A DNA stretch of 64,000 nt, taken from Eledone cirrhosa. Its lineage: Eukaryota. Position numbers and translations under genes: made by a program. This document shows positions 47,875 through 61,138 of the stretch, piece by piece; the stretch's first letter is position 1, and each line of letters opens with the position of its first letter. The notes beneath the pieces were generated by a model, which was not told where the DNA came from, did no database searches, and was given only the letters and a program-made list of their open reading frames with translations. The DNA is taken from positions 49,228,001 to 49,292,000 of the forward strand of contig OZ024748.1 of the NCBI GenBank assembly GCA_964016885.1. The letters run 5' to 3'.

Positions 47875-48296
47875 GAGATCCATCAAGCAATGTCTCCACC
47901 AAATCCTTGTAGTTTTCAGCCTTTTTGCTGTCCTGAAATCATTTCACAACAGACACTAACGAACTCTTTTTTCTACGTCAGTCATCGAGCTCGAGAAGTT
48001 TTAGCATTTCATTAATTTTCTGATTTGTGTCCAGTCAAAAACACCAGCCTTTATTTTATCATAATTTAGGCCAGTAAATGTTGTACATATGAATTTGAAA
48101 CAGTCACCCTCTACATTAAGAGCTTTGACAAACTGCTTCATTAATCTTAGTTTAATGTTAAGGGCTGGGTAGATGATTTTATCTCGCCAAACAAGGGGTT
48201 GGTGTATGATATTCTTATCCCCAACAATCAAACTATTTCTAACTGACCAGTACTTCTGTTCCCAATGTTTGTCTTTCACTTGGCTATCCCATAAAC
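47875..48296 (-). mobile_element. Chapaev (CMC) transposase fragment
   Basis: ALNIKLRLMKQFVKAL...KIKAGVFDWTQIRKLM...KAENYKDLVETLL. Confidence 0.72.
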
Positions 48297-49073
48297 ACCC
48301 GGATTTTAATGTACTAACTACATACCACCCTACTGTTATTAGCTGTCAACTAACCAACTGGTCACTAGATCAACATTATAAATCTCCTAACCTTTCTTTC
48401 ACTCTCTCTCCCTAAAGCCACATCAACCCCATTAAGATAAGACAATCAGCATGCCAAACATTTACCACACACACATATATCAAGACTCTCCACCTCAATT
48501 CTTATCCTCTATCTACCTATCTACTCCTTCCCCATCCTTAGCCCTACCCCTTATGTTTCATCCTCGTATCTCTTCCCCCTCTCACTTAATTTTTGTGGAT
48601 TGGCAGTATCGGTAGAGGGTCGGACGCCATGCTTTGCAGCACAGTTACGTCCCTTTACGGACTGAGTTCAAATCCCGCCGAGGTTAACTTTGCCTTTCGG
48701 GGTCGATAAAATAAAGTACCAGTAATACACTGGAATAATTGCTGGCCTTGTGCCAAAAAGTAGAAACAATTATTTTTTATCTGTCATTTGTTACTATTTT
48801 TATTTTCTACTCTATCCCCCTGAGATTTGACCACCACGTATATATATGTATATATTTGATGTTGCTTTTCATGTTAGTATTATCTTTACACATACACTTA
48901 CTCACTAGCACCACTATTATCAGCAATCGCATTCTGTACTTATTATTTTTTTTACATCCGTACCATCTTCATTCTATCTTCTTTACCTCTTTATAATTAT
49001 CTTTTATTATTGATGTTATTATTTTGATTCTCCGTTGTAGCTCTATATATACCAATGCCATATGTAAAACCTC

Positions 49074-49189
49074 CAGTATTCCGATGATTTGATCAGAGGT
49101 AAACACTGTATTTAAGGTCGAGTGACGCAACTTCGAGTAATTAGCGGCCTTTAGACTCACCTGATCAATGAAACAATTGTTAATACCTG
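49074..49189 (+). ncRNA. Degenerate hammerhead with extended stem II loop
   Basis: gtatt CCGATGA (core T>C) ttgatcag...ctgatcaa GAA ACAATTGT T aatac, followed by AATAAA. Confidence 0.5.
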
Positions 49190-49236
49190 AAATAAAACCC
49201 TTTTTTGTACAGCCGACCATGTTATTCTTCAATCTT

Positions 49237-49283
<47 letters not shown>

Positions 49284-49288
<5 letters not shown>

Positions 49289-49445
49289 AACGAGTAGGAC
49301 CCCGACGGCTGAGCTCAAGCCGTTTCGACGGCTTGAGCTCAGCCGTCGGGGTCCTACTCGTTCCTATTACCCACTCTACTACCCTAAGTATTGAGTACTT
49401 TGGTGCGTTATGGTCCACCTGGTTCCTTACCACATTTCCTTCGTT
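49284..49445 (-). mobile_element. TA-inserted ~160-bp element with 40-bp terminal hairpin (copies 45705-45856, partial 13676-13765)
   Basis: Shared body gtggtaaggaaccaggtggaccataacgcacc...gtactcaatact; perfect stem 49284-49323 / 49328-49367. Confidence 0.8.
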
Positions 49446-49456
49446 ATATATATATA

Positions 49457-49526
<70 letters not shown>

Positions 49527-50092
49527 ATCTGAGTCTTTCGAATATTAATAATAATTTTGGATTCGTTTGCAATTATGCAATTATGCAAATGAATCGAATC
49601 GAAAGACTCACGTTACATTTATTGTATTCAGCCATGTAGAGCGAGCGATAAACGATTTGTTATATATATATATATCTCAATGAGGTTTTCACATAGAATC
49701 TACTTGAGAATGTGCAAAATAGACTAACGAAACCATCTCTGGCCTGTCTGTTTGTCTTTCTGTTTGTCTGTCCGTCTGTCCGTCTAGTTGCTTGCCTCTC
49801 TGCACTGTTGAGCAAGAAGACAATACAACAGAGAATACGAGAAGAAAATGTATAAAACATGATATAATTAGTAGTTTGTATCACTTGAGGGAGTTTGTGG
49901 CGGTAACTGAGGAGATAAAAGACCTGTTGGACCAGAAACACCAGATACCCCACCCCACAATCACACACGCAAAACAGAAGGGAAGAAAGTGTGTGCGTGC
50001 GCATAAAGTATACAGATGTGTATCATATATGTGTGTGTAAAGCATATAACTATATATATATATAGATGTATATACAGTATATATGTATATAG

Positions 50093-50131
<39 letters not shown>

Positions 50132-50172
50132 AAGATATATATATATATATATACAAAGATATATATATACAA

Positions 50173-50233
<61 letters not shown>

Positions 50234-50277
50234 AAGATATATATACAAAGATATATATATATATATATATATATCTT

Positions 50278-50324
<47 letters not shown>

Positions 50325-50416
50325 GTATATGTATATAAATATATATATATAAAAACAAATAACGAAACGAAATTAAATTTCGTTTCGTTTGTAACTCACT
50401 TTTGTATGACTGACGC

Positions 50417-50838
50417 TTAAACAATTAAGTTAAAAATGTACATCCACATATGTATACTGAAATACTAGTATGCATATGAATACACACACGTATACATATG
50501 TAGATGTACCGAGTTTTTCACTGGTCACTTTACTGTGAGTGTCCAGCTATTCTGAATGTAAACACAAATATTGCTGATGAGATGTAACAACATCGAAACT
50601 AGTTCAATATTCCTTGTCTGGCTTTCTGGAGAATAGAGGAAAGGTGTTTCCTCAAAAACCAGTATGACTCTAAAAACCGGTTTGTCTGTGTGTTTACATA
50701 CAGAATAGCTGGACACTCACAGTAAAGTGACCAGTGAAAAACTCGGTACATCTACATATGTATACGTGTGTGTATTCATATGCATACTAGTATTTCAGTA
50801 TACATATGTGGATGTACATTTTTAACTTAATTGTTTAA
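50417..50838. repeat. 150-bp inverted repeat (arms 50417-50566 and 50689-50838) with 122-bp spacer
   Basis: Arms are reverse complements with one mismatch seen. Confidence 0.92.
50567..50611 (+). ncRNA. Type-I hammerhead ribozyme motif within an inverted repeat
   Basis: aatattg CTGATGA gatg-taacaa-catc GAA ACTAGT T caatatt; perfect 7-bp stem I. Confidence 0.8.
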
Positions 50839-51271
50839 TATATATATATATAGATAGATGTATATGAATGTATATAGATGTATATGTACATATATAGATG
50901 TATATGTAAGTGTATAAATGTATATGAATGTATATAGATGTATATGTATATAGATGTATATGTATGTATGTGTAAGTGTATAAATGTATATGAATGTATA
51001 TAGATGTATATGTATGTATATAGATGTATATGTATGTATGTGTAAGTGTATAAATGTATATGAATGTATATAGATGTATATGTATGTATATAGATGTATA
51101 TGTATGTATGTGTAAGTGTATAAATGTATATAGATGTATATGAATGTATTGGCGCCTGATGTCTTAGCGATAATAAACCAAACTAAATACAACTCAGCAG
51201 TAGGCCTCGATAGGTTTCCTGAAGGTGTGTCGACACCAATTTGCATCTCCTCTTGCTAAGTGTAAGTGAAA

Positions 51272-51592
51272 TTCCCATTCAAAAATCTAAATCGCAACTC
51301 ATAACAACAATACGGCACAATTATTTCACCTCAATCGGCCCTGCTCTCTTCAACATCACACCAGGACACGTCAAAACAGAAACTGACCACACAAAATTCA
51401 AGAAGTCTTTGGACAAATTCCTCCAAGTAATCCCGGACAAACCACCCACACCCGGATATGTCTCCGCAAACAGCAATTCTCTTCTCGAATGGGCCATGGT
51501 GCCCAAATCCTGAATTGAAAGACTTCGCCAGGTGGTGCTATTAAGTTAGACATGGCCTGGGCCAATACTGGCCAAAACATATCAAAGTTATA
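51272..51592 (+). mobile_element. 3' end of CR1/L2-group LINE
   Basis: Near-identical to the reverse complement of 5690-5985. Confidence 0.82.
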
Positions 51593-51595
51593 TCC

Positions 51596-52585
51596 CTGAA
51601 AATGGCCTGTCCCAATCTGTCATCCCAGTTTTCAAAAAGGGAAACAAGTCTATTGCAGTGAATTACCATCTGATCTCACTCAACCCTCATATTACTTTGA
51701 TGAGATTTTAAGGGCTTTGTGAGAAGGCTCCAGCACTAATCTAATCTACCTTGATTTCAGCAAGGCTTTTGACAGGGGTGATAACATCCCGTTGAAAAAA
51801 ACTATCCAATATTGGTGTCTCTGGAAAGTTACTACAGTGGATGAAGTGTGTAGCGACGTGGTTAGTCAGTCTAGTCCCTACTTCTGATCAGATCCGAGAA
51901 TAGCCCTTAGAAGGACTTTTATCGCATACGGTCTGATCAGATCTGAAGATAGTCCTTAAAAGGACTGTTGTTGCATATAGCCCTTAAAAGAACTGTTGAG
52001 GATGGACAGACGAAAGCACAAGTTGAAAGAACGAAGCAAGGCGAGATGTAAATTCGATCAGCTATTTATTTTCACATGAAGCGACGATACGAGGTCACAA
52101 GGCGTGTGTGGGTGACAAAGTGTGGCAGAGGCGGGGAACAACGATGCGCTAGCTGACTCTGCCAAAAGTCGACTGGCGAAGGGTTTGGAACCACTCTATT
52201 TATACAGAAACAATCGTTTGATGTTTAGCCGATGTGTAGGCGTTTATTCTGGTAGCTTTTAAGGGTTCTTTTGTTTCACGTTGCGGTAGCTAGCTAACAG
52301 ATAGATGGCGCTGTATATTTCACAGATGTTATTTCCGGTGGCTGTACAAGTGTTTTCTGACAGACAGAGCCCAACATGTAGTCGAAGGAGTGCAATGAAG
52401 CCCAGCCAAAGTCAGTAGTGGTGTTCCACGAGGCACAGTTTTGGGGCCACTTTTTTTTCATTATAAATGACGTTGCTGACGTCAAGCGCAGCAACATAAG
52501 AATCTTCGCAGATGATTCCAAACTCCACAAGGTCATCAATGGAGTGGGTGACCGGACGTGCCTTCAATCAGATCTACTTGCTGTT
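51596..52585 (+). mobile_element. Decayed CR1-group RT fragment interrupted by a solo LTR
   Basis: PVFKKGNK, IYLDFSKAFD, QWMKC|FLTDRAQ, IFADDSKL. Confidence 0.8.
51849..52348 (-). mobile_element. 500-bp solo LTR (Ty3/Gypsy-like)
   Basis: TG...CA termini, 4-bp TSD AGTG (51845-51848, 52349-52352); minus-strand TATAAA near 52200 precedes AATAAA near 52068. Confidence 0.85.
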
Positions 52586-52752
52586 AAAACAACTCAAAAT
52601 GTACACCCCCCCCCCCTCCCCCTAGCATTACATTATCTGCATGATGTGGAAAATATTCCATCAGCATTGACCAAATGATGTTAGCATCATCTTGAAAATA
52701 CACCTAATTCGTCGGTTCATCGGCCCCGTGCCGACAACAAAAATGAAGCTCA

Positions 52753-53200
52753 CATTAACACACACAGACATGTACATACGAACATACACCAAACAGAATA
52801 CACGCACACATTAACACACACAGACATGTACATACGAACATACACCAAACAGAATACATACACACATTAACACACACAGACATGTACATACACCAAACAG
52901 AATACACGCACACATTAACACACACAGACATGTACATACGAACATACACCAAACAGAATACTTACACACATTAACACACACAGACATGTACACACCAACA
53001 TACACCAAACAGAATACACGCACACATTAACACACACAGACATGTACATACGAACATACACCAAACAGAATACACACACACATTAACACACACAGACATG
53101 TACATACGAACATACACCAAACAGAATACACGCACACATTAACACAGACAGACATGTACATACCGACATACACCAAACAGAATACACACACACATTAACA
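52753..53200. repeat. 56-bp minisatellite, ~8 copies
   Basis: Unit ttaacacacacagacatgtacatacgaacatacaccaaacagaatacacgcacaca. Confidence 0.92.
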
Positions 53201-53332
53201 CACGAACATACACACAAAGGCACAGACAGAGACAACAATAAATAAATAAGTAAAATAGAATAAGAAAACATTACAGGAATGCAACGGGAGGAAACAGAAA
53301 CATCACTGATGATGTCACGGCGGTAGGAGGGA

Positions 53333-53374
53333 CCTTCCTGACGAAGGCCAGTCAAGCCTGAAATGCATAGATGG
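53333..53374 (+). ncRNA. Type-I hammerhead motif
   Basis: ccttc CTGACGA aggc-cagtcaa-gcct GAA ATGCAT A gatgg. Confidence 0.68.
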
Positions 53375-53843
53375 TTGTCCCCCTTGCTTCTGCTGGACAC
53401 CACCAGAGGGCGTTAGCCCCGGTGTTTGTATAACTACGGCTTCCTACAACCGTATTTCTTTAGAAATACGAAAGTTTTCTCTCTCTCTCTCTATATATAT
53501 ATATACAAGTGGAAGTTTAGTAAAATCGAAGTTTTGGCTCTGGCCAAGCTGACGATATACAATTAGGAATGTGCAGCAAAGCACTCGATAAGGTTGTAGG
53601 CCTTAGAGTAATAACTGTTTCTACTTTAGGCACAAGGCCAGCAATTACTCAGTGCATTACTGGTCCTTTATACGTTTAGACAGCTTGACAAATTGAAAAT
53701 TGCGGCAGGTAAGCCTAGCCACATAATACCAAATCAACGAAAAAAACCAATCCGGTTAAACAACTGATCTGGACAAATCGAACGATATTATGCAATACGT
53801 CCGATAGGTTTCTATGAATGCGAAATCAACAATCCTACTTGAG

Positions 53844-53888
<45 letters not shown>

Positions 53889-54844
53889 GGGGGGGGGCAC
53901 GTTCGTACATCTGTGTATGTCTGTGTTTAGCGGTTCGGAAAAAAAATAAGATCAATGAAATAAATACAGGTGTTAATATAATCCCTTAAATCATAGCGTT
54001 GCCCCAACATGGTCGCAGTCTTATAAGTGAAACTAGTAAAAGAATATGTATATATTCATATAGACTGCGAATTGGCAGAGTCGGTAGAACAACAGATAGA
54101 ATGGTTTAAGGTATTCGTTCCGGCTCTCTGCTCTCTCAGTACAAATTCCGCTGAGGTCAACTTTGCCTTTCACCCTTTCGAGGTGGATAAAAAAAGTACA
54201 GGCGTCGATTATTCCTCTCTATCTCTTTCTCATTTCCTCCATATCTTTCTCTGGAAGAAATCTGTTGTACTAGAGTTTTAAAAAATGCCCAAGAAACGCC
54301 GTAAGTCGATACGGCGCCCCTACGACTCTATCAAGAGTTACGAGATATTCATATAATGATGTATATCTCTTTCTCTCTACACACACATATTTATATGCTA
54401 CAGTATTTTTGATGTAAATACCGCAATATGGTGTTGCCTCCCCTTGGTTTTGACCGCACCCACCTCCTGATTGCTATATCTAATTTCCGGTGACCTATAA
54501 ACGGTGAAGCCTTAAAATAATCTCTTTCGGTGTTTCGGTGTCTTTTTATAAACAAGAGTAAATCTCATTAAAAACAAAAACAATCCTATACCCGTATATT
54601 CATATATACGATATATATGAAGATACGCATCGAAAATAATATTAAGTAAATTAATACTTAAAAAAAAACAAACTCGCTCACTTCCCACATAAATATATAT
54701 ATATATATATATATACATACATACACATCTGTTATGAGATTACCGGGTTGTTAAAAAACATCGGCAATGTCAAAAATATAATTAGTTAATGTTAGATATT
54801 TATTTGTTTAGAAAAGTTTCACGGAATACAACGAAACTATACAA

Positions 54845-54867
54845 ATGGTGCTGAGAGTTATACTACG
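54845..54867 (+). CDS. NCBP2AS2: NCBP2AS2 homolog exon 1
   Basis: caaATG GTG CTG AGA GTT ATA CTA CG|gtaagt = MVLRVILR (human MVLRRLL). Confidence 0.82.
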
Positions 54868-55776
54868 GTAAGTCATTTTTTAAATTATATCTTTATTAAT
54901 AGGTCTGTCATTCATTCATTAATAAATAAATGAACCATCGTCGGTCTCGACAACGAGTGTTCTAGTTTTTCGGTTAACGGTACGGCCTACTATGTAGTAG
55001 TAACAATGTAAGTGGTTGAGTATTCCACATAAACACTACTATCGTTAACGTAATTCTCATGACCTTTGTATTATAGATACAGTCCATTTTATATTGTACT
55101 TTAACTAAATATTCTGTAAACATGTATACCATTAACGTAATTCTCGATAAGATTCAGCTTGATACTGTGTCTTACAAGCTGGTCCTTATTCCTGAGAGGG
55201 TCGTGGGGGGCAGAGTCCAGCGATTCTGTCCTATGACATTCTAACCACATGTCTATAATATCGGAACTGTGATCTCTCAATTAGAAGTAGCGTCTCTACC
55301 TGGAGAAACTCTCTGATCTCCGAGCTACGCACTTTATCAAGTAATGTTACTCCATAACCCTTCGGAGGAATCCCATTTCAACCGCTTGTATTCGCAATCG
55401 TATTCTTTCGGTCATTACTCAACGTTCACGACCATAGGTAAAGGTTGGCACGAAAACCGAATTGAAGATAGCGAGTTTGAATTTTACATCTACTTCCCTT
55501 CTTCTGATTACTGAATGCTGAAGCTGTTGTATTATGGTGTAAGTGGCTGAGCATTCCACAGACACAAGTACTATTAACGTTAATTCTCCGAATGTGTAAC
55601 AAGGGTGAATGAAGGGCTGTTATACCTTTTTTTTTATAGTTGATATAATATAATATAATATAATTGTTTCTACTTTTCGCACGAGGCCAGCAAATACTCA
55701 GTGCATTACTGGTACTTTATTTTATCGACCCCGTAAGGATGAAAGGCAAAGTTAACCTCGGCGATTATATAATATA

Positions 55777-55815
<39 letters not shown>

Positions 55816-55828
55816 TAAAATAACAGAT

Positions 55829-55865
<37 letters not shown>

Positions 55866-56147
55866 ACATATGTATAAGGAAGCAGGAACGAAGTCAAGTT
55901 TGCGCCATAAATAAACTGATCCGATATCGAACAGCCCAAGGTATGATCATAATGATCGGGGTCCGACGTTGTATCGATATTTCATCAGATATGCGAGTTC
56001 GTAGGCACGGAACATCCCTCCCCCCGATGGTAGATGGGAATCCGAAATATAGGGACTAATAAATCGATTCCAAAGTAACTTCATCTCTGGTTTTCTTTTC
56101 AGTTTACATTTCCGCCCTTCCTCTGTTATCCGCTGTCTTCCTACTGC

Positions 56148-56309
56148 CAAGGCCGTCCTAACAGCATTATAGCCCCCCCCCCCGGGCAAAGCAGAGCACT
56201 GGGGCCCCTACCTACACAACCACTCAGGAATAAAAATACAAATGGGGCCCCTATCCTCGTGGGGCCCCCGGGCAACTGCCCAGCGTGCCCGTGCGTTAAG
56301 ACGGCCCTG
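56148..56309. mobile_element. hAT MITE with perfect 8-bp TSD
   Basis: TIRs caaggccgtcctaac / gttaagacggccctg; TSD CCTACTGC at 56140-56147 and 56310-56317. Confidence 0.9.
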
Positions 56310-56376
56310 CCTACTGCCACTTGACTTTGTTACCCTGGGATTTATCCATGTGCATTGTAGAGGCTTCCCAAAACGA

Positions 56377-56413
<37 letters not shown>

Positions 56414-58591
56414 ACACAAGTAAGAAGTACAAATACGTACAAACACAGGTATCTGTAGATTTACAAGCACCCCCCTCCTCCCAAGTTACAGAAACACAGG
56501 TTACATAACATAGTACGAAGAGATTATCGAAAAGTACATTGAAATATTATGTACCCTCAAGGTTAGAAACTAATGTCAAGAATGTTTGTAATTTGTTTTC
56601 AACAGTTTTTTAGAGGAGAAATACAGAAACATAAGCTCTATTCTATGTTGTTGTTTGTATAACTGAGACTGAGGAAGTGTGTTTTGACTTTAATTTTTAC
56701 TTATTTTTATTGTTATTGCCCATTTGTTAATTTTTATAAATAATATCTTTCGTTAATGAATAAATACATTTTTACTCCGAGGTGAACACCGACATAGACA
56801 AGGTTGAGCAGGGATCCCAAAACTTTTTAGACCATCGATCCCTTCATAGGATCCTTGACTCGTCATAGAATTCTTGATCCCTCATCTACCTTACCTTGTT
56901 CCTCCAGCTGATGTACAGCAAAGGGCCACTTGTGGTTTCTGTAGTATGGTGTTTTTACGGGGTTACGTTACTAGACCAACACCTGATCTTATCCCTTTCT
57001 CAAACTAGCGTAGGGCAGTCTACATCAGTTTTGACCCCTCATCAACCCCAGCCATATAAAATAAATAGACCATAAAGTTTAATTATATATAAATCAGAAA
57101 TATGTATAAATTATATTTTAGTGTATTATTTTAGGTATTTTCATTTCTTATACAAATGTCAGGTTTTGGTCTCTAAATTCAATCGACTCCCATTTTGGGA
57201 CCTTTAATGGGAATCCTTTACATAATGAAACGTTTCATAAATAAAGATCTTTACACAAAACCCACTAGGCTAAAAGATGTCTTAAACAAATATTATGTGG
57301 ACCGTATACAGCCCCTAAGTTAGTTTTACCTCACATTTCAAATTTGGGTTAGGTAACGTTTATTTCAATTTCAAAAGAGGGGTAACAGCCAAGAAAGGAA
57401 AGGAAAGTTGATCGTCAGATCAGCTTATAAAACCCTATAAACTGAGTATATATGGTATATTTCGGAAATAAATCTCTGTGTCTGTTTTTTTGAAGATAAT
57501 TACATCCGTCTCGCTTTGGAAATGAAATGTATGTTTTCCCTATGGTTTCCTGAGGAATTTTGAACGAATCTCACCTTTAAAACCCTCGGACGTTACGGCC
57601 CTTGCCATTCTGAGTTCAAATCCCGCCGAGGTTAACTTTGCTTTTCATCCTTACGGGGTCGATAAAATAAAGTAGGTATCAGTAATACACTGGGTAATTG
57701 CTGGCCTTGTGCCAAAAGTAGAAACAATTATTTATATATATCTTTTGTAATTTAACTGGTCATGGTGGTGGTGGGCACCCTTGGTTGTTTCCTTTGCAAT
57801 TAAATCCATCTTCTTTTGGAGGTAAATTTATGTTTTTCTCAAGGGTTTTGGCGTGTTTTGAACAAATCTGATCTTCAAAAACTGTCGGAAATTATTACTA
57901 GAGCGTCAGACACCATGGTTCGCGACATAGAGTTGCGGCTCTTTACGTTGGTTTCAAATGCCTTTCATCCTTACGGGGTCGATAAAATAAAGTACCTGTA
58001 ACGCACTGGAGTAGATTTAATCAAAGTGGAAGGGAAGTGTAGGGGTGTGGGGGTGTATATTGAATTAAAAGGTACCTACTGAGTAAGTTTAAGTTTGTGC
58101 ACAAGGGAAGGCAGGTCTTCTGTGTTACTGCATAGTCCAAAGATCTCTATCCTGTGTCATTGTCTTTGAGAGGTGCAAGTGTGCAAGGTCAGCTCTTATC
58201 ACCACGTCCCAGGTCTTCCTACTCTGTAGCTTCCATCAATTTTGATCGCCCTGCACTTTTTTTTATACAGCTATCGTCCTTCGTACACATCACATGACCA
58301 TACCAATGCAATCTCCTCTCTCGCATACTGCATCTGATCCCTCTTATGTCTAATTTCTCACTTGGTTCGTTTATGCTTTGCTGTTGGTATATATTACTAT
58401 TACACATCCAATTAATTATTACTAGTTACCTCACAAATACAATGCACCAAAATATAGGACCAGAGCAAGAGAAAGAAAAAAATAGCGGGGACAAAAACAA
58501 AAACGCCCATCAATTCACCACCAAGTCTGTCAATCGGTCACACATTACAACACAAGGATCAATGGAAATTTTTGAGGCAAGTTAATACACT

Positions 58592-58730
58592 TGGAGCATT
58601 ATTACGGGTGATGGCGAGGCTAAGGTCGCCTGACATCTCAGTAAGGTGAGTCACCAGCGATGACAAGAACCTCGCTGTCAGCGGCCCAACTTCACCAAAC
58701 GTCTCGAATGCCACAGGCTGGAAGAAATTG
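58592..58730 (-). mobile_element. CRE/NeSL-type RLE C-terminal fragment
   Basis: FFQPVAFETFGEVGPLTARFLSSL...SGDLSLAITRNNA. Confidence 0.65.
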
Positions 58731-58860
58731 TTTTGGATGTGATGTTTTAAAATGAATATGACTGGGAATTTTTCTTAATTTTTTAGTCAAGATATCTGTA
58801 AAACCCATTTAAAACTAATTTTATTATCTCTATTAAAATATTATTGTTTACTTTCCACAG

Positions 58861-58894
58861 CTTCCTCTTACACAATGAACAGCTTGTACAACGA
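58861..58894 (+). CDS. NCBP2AS2: NCBP2AS2 homolog exon 2
   Basis: ttccacag|FLLHNEQLVQR|gtaagt (human LLHSPQLVER); 34 nt. Confidence 0.85.
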
Positions 58895-59079
58895 GTAAGT
58901 AAGATTTCTATAATGTTTTTCTTTCTAAATTCATTGTTGATTAAGTATTCTTGATCTCTATGACTGGGTACCCTTCCTAATGCCAAGTACTTTACAGAGT
59001 GTATTCCCTCTATTTATTAATTACACTCCCACTCCGTCACCTGTGTTACTTTTGATTATCTTGTCTTTTCTTTTGTCAG

Positions 59080-59152
59080 CTATCGGAGAGCTACCCTATA
59101 CGACGCACTGCCCAGTTAGTGGCGTCTATCTTTATGAGAGGAAAAGAGAAAG
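59080..59152 (+). CDS. NCBP2AS2: NCBP2AS2 homolog exon 3
   Basis: ttttgtcag|LSESYPIRRTAQLVASIFMRGKEK|gtcagt (human LSESRPIRRAAQL); 73 nt. Confidence 0.88.
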
Positions 59153-59815
59153 GTCAGTGGAAACTTCCATGATTAATTAACTAATCTAAATTAATTATAT
59201 ATTACACCACACAGTATCTGACATAATCTATTGGTATAGAAATAGTGATAGTAATATATGGCGACATGACAGTGAGTGCAGGACAGCCCCACAATGACAT
59301 TTGTATGGATCACACATGTGGAGCCAATGGACCAATCTGATGCAAGTGTACTCATCAAGAAGGATACTGGCTGATGAGGAAGGCACCACATTGAGCCACA
59401 CACTGCTGTTTGACTGTAAAATGGATCAAAGGCGGCGTTGTCCAAGCCAGACACTATCCGCCTGAAGGAAGGCCTACATTTGATGTCATCACAAGGCCTT
59501 TTCCTGTCCAGTTGGCCAGAATCTGCTCAAATTCTGGGGCCACGTCAGGTTCAACCATCTTGCTGAGGACCTCGCCGACGAGAATGTGACTGGAGGAGAG
59601 GTAGGTTGGCAGTGCCAGATCTGAAGTGGATTGGGGGCCCGAGGCCACTGAACGTCGCTGGGAGCTTTGCCTGTTGCCAGCTGGCACTGACAAAACTGAC
59701 ATTGCAGATGAGTTCAGCACAGTGTCGGTTGGTGATGTTGAGTTCACTGAGATGATCAGCGTGTAGGTGACAAGGTACACCATGCAGCATGAACAAAAAT
59801 TTGGAGAAGGCGAAG

Positions 59816-60745
59816 CTTGACATGCACATTGACATTGCACACCCAACGGAGCATGCTTGCTTCATTTCTCTCCAACCGTCGCAAATCCTCTGCAGATCCT
59901 GCCCATGTCTCACTACCATGCATCATCATCCATCTCACACAGGCACCATATAACCGGCCTTTTGTACGCAGGGAGAAACCCTTCTTTGTTAACAGAGGAA
60001 GCAGCTCCCTAAACTTTCAACTTGTCCTTATTCTAGATATTATGGCCTCGGAACACCCGCCCCTCCCATACTAATCTGATCACCTAGGTACCGTGAGCTA
60101 TCAACCACTGCTATAGAACCCACCTGCATTTGAAAAATGTGTCTAACACTGCGACTTCTACTGTCAAATTTCCCTGTACATCTACTGCATACGTAGTTTT
60201 CCTGCTATCCCACTACATCTCTTGCGTACCCAAGATCTGCATTGTGTACATTTTATAGAATTTATGCCAGCTCCTTTTTTACATATCGGACATGGCCATT
60301 TCCCTGATGGAACCAGAGTTTTGTCCTCTTTTCTACTTATCAACACTTTAGTCTTAGCTAGGTTCACTCTCAGTCCTCTTGATTCCAACTGCTGTTTCCA
60401 TAGCCAGAATTTATTCTCTAGCTCCTCTACTGATTCTGCTATAAGAACCAGATCGTCAGCATAGAGAAGTTCCCATGGGCAGCCAGTCTTAAACTCCTCT
60501 GTTATGGCTTGGAGGACTATAATGAACAAGAGCGGGCTGAGGACCGAACCCTGATGTACTCCTACTTGAATCTGGAATTCCTCACTAAACTCCATTCCTA
60601 CTCTCACTTTACTGACAGCACCTCTGTACATAGCTTGCACTGTCCTCACAAGCCATTCCTCTACACCTAGTTTCCTTAGGGACTACCAGATGACAGATCG
60701 GGGTACCCTATCAAAGGCCTCCTCTAGGTCAACAAAAGCTAAGTA
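59816..60745 (-). mobile_element. RTE LINE fragment
   Basis: VGVHQGSVLSPLLFIIVLQA...ELLYADDLVL...KWPCPIC. Confidence 0.9.
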
Positions 60746-61138
60746 TATATATATATATATATATATAGTTGCTAATTACTCTTATTTATCTATAAGAGTT
60801 TTGTTGTGACTTGTTATTGATAAGGTGTAAGCAGGTAAGATCACTTCACGTCAATTGTATCTATCCAGTATGATGTGTTTGTTCACTGGACTTTAGCAAA
60901 CATGGTAGTATCCAATAAATATGATTATGTAACATCTGTCTTAGATGCAAGTCTACATGTGAACACATATCTGAGGAGCATATTCTTTGTCCCCTTATAC
61001 ACTATTATTGATACTTTGCTCTCCACGAGTATCGAGTGCTCATCTTGGCATACCGCCTATGGATGCAATTAATTTGTACCTCTAATACCTGTATATATAT
61101 TTAATTCTTTTTAAAGTTTTTTTTTAATCTATTCCCAG

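Noticed and set aside
49792-50040. 82-aa ORF after a pyrimidine tract
   Set aside because: Non-ATG start, no recognisable homology or partner exons; runs into microsatellite.
55955-55995. Partial hammerhead-like cores (also ~18260, 32430, 37630, 61646)
   Set aside because: Missing GAAA, mutated core or unpairable stems.
59454-59846. 130-aa minus-strand ORF
   Set aside because: Spans decayed RTE fragments (plus strand reads KFWGHVR) inside an NCBP2AS2 intron.
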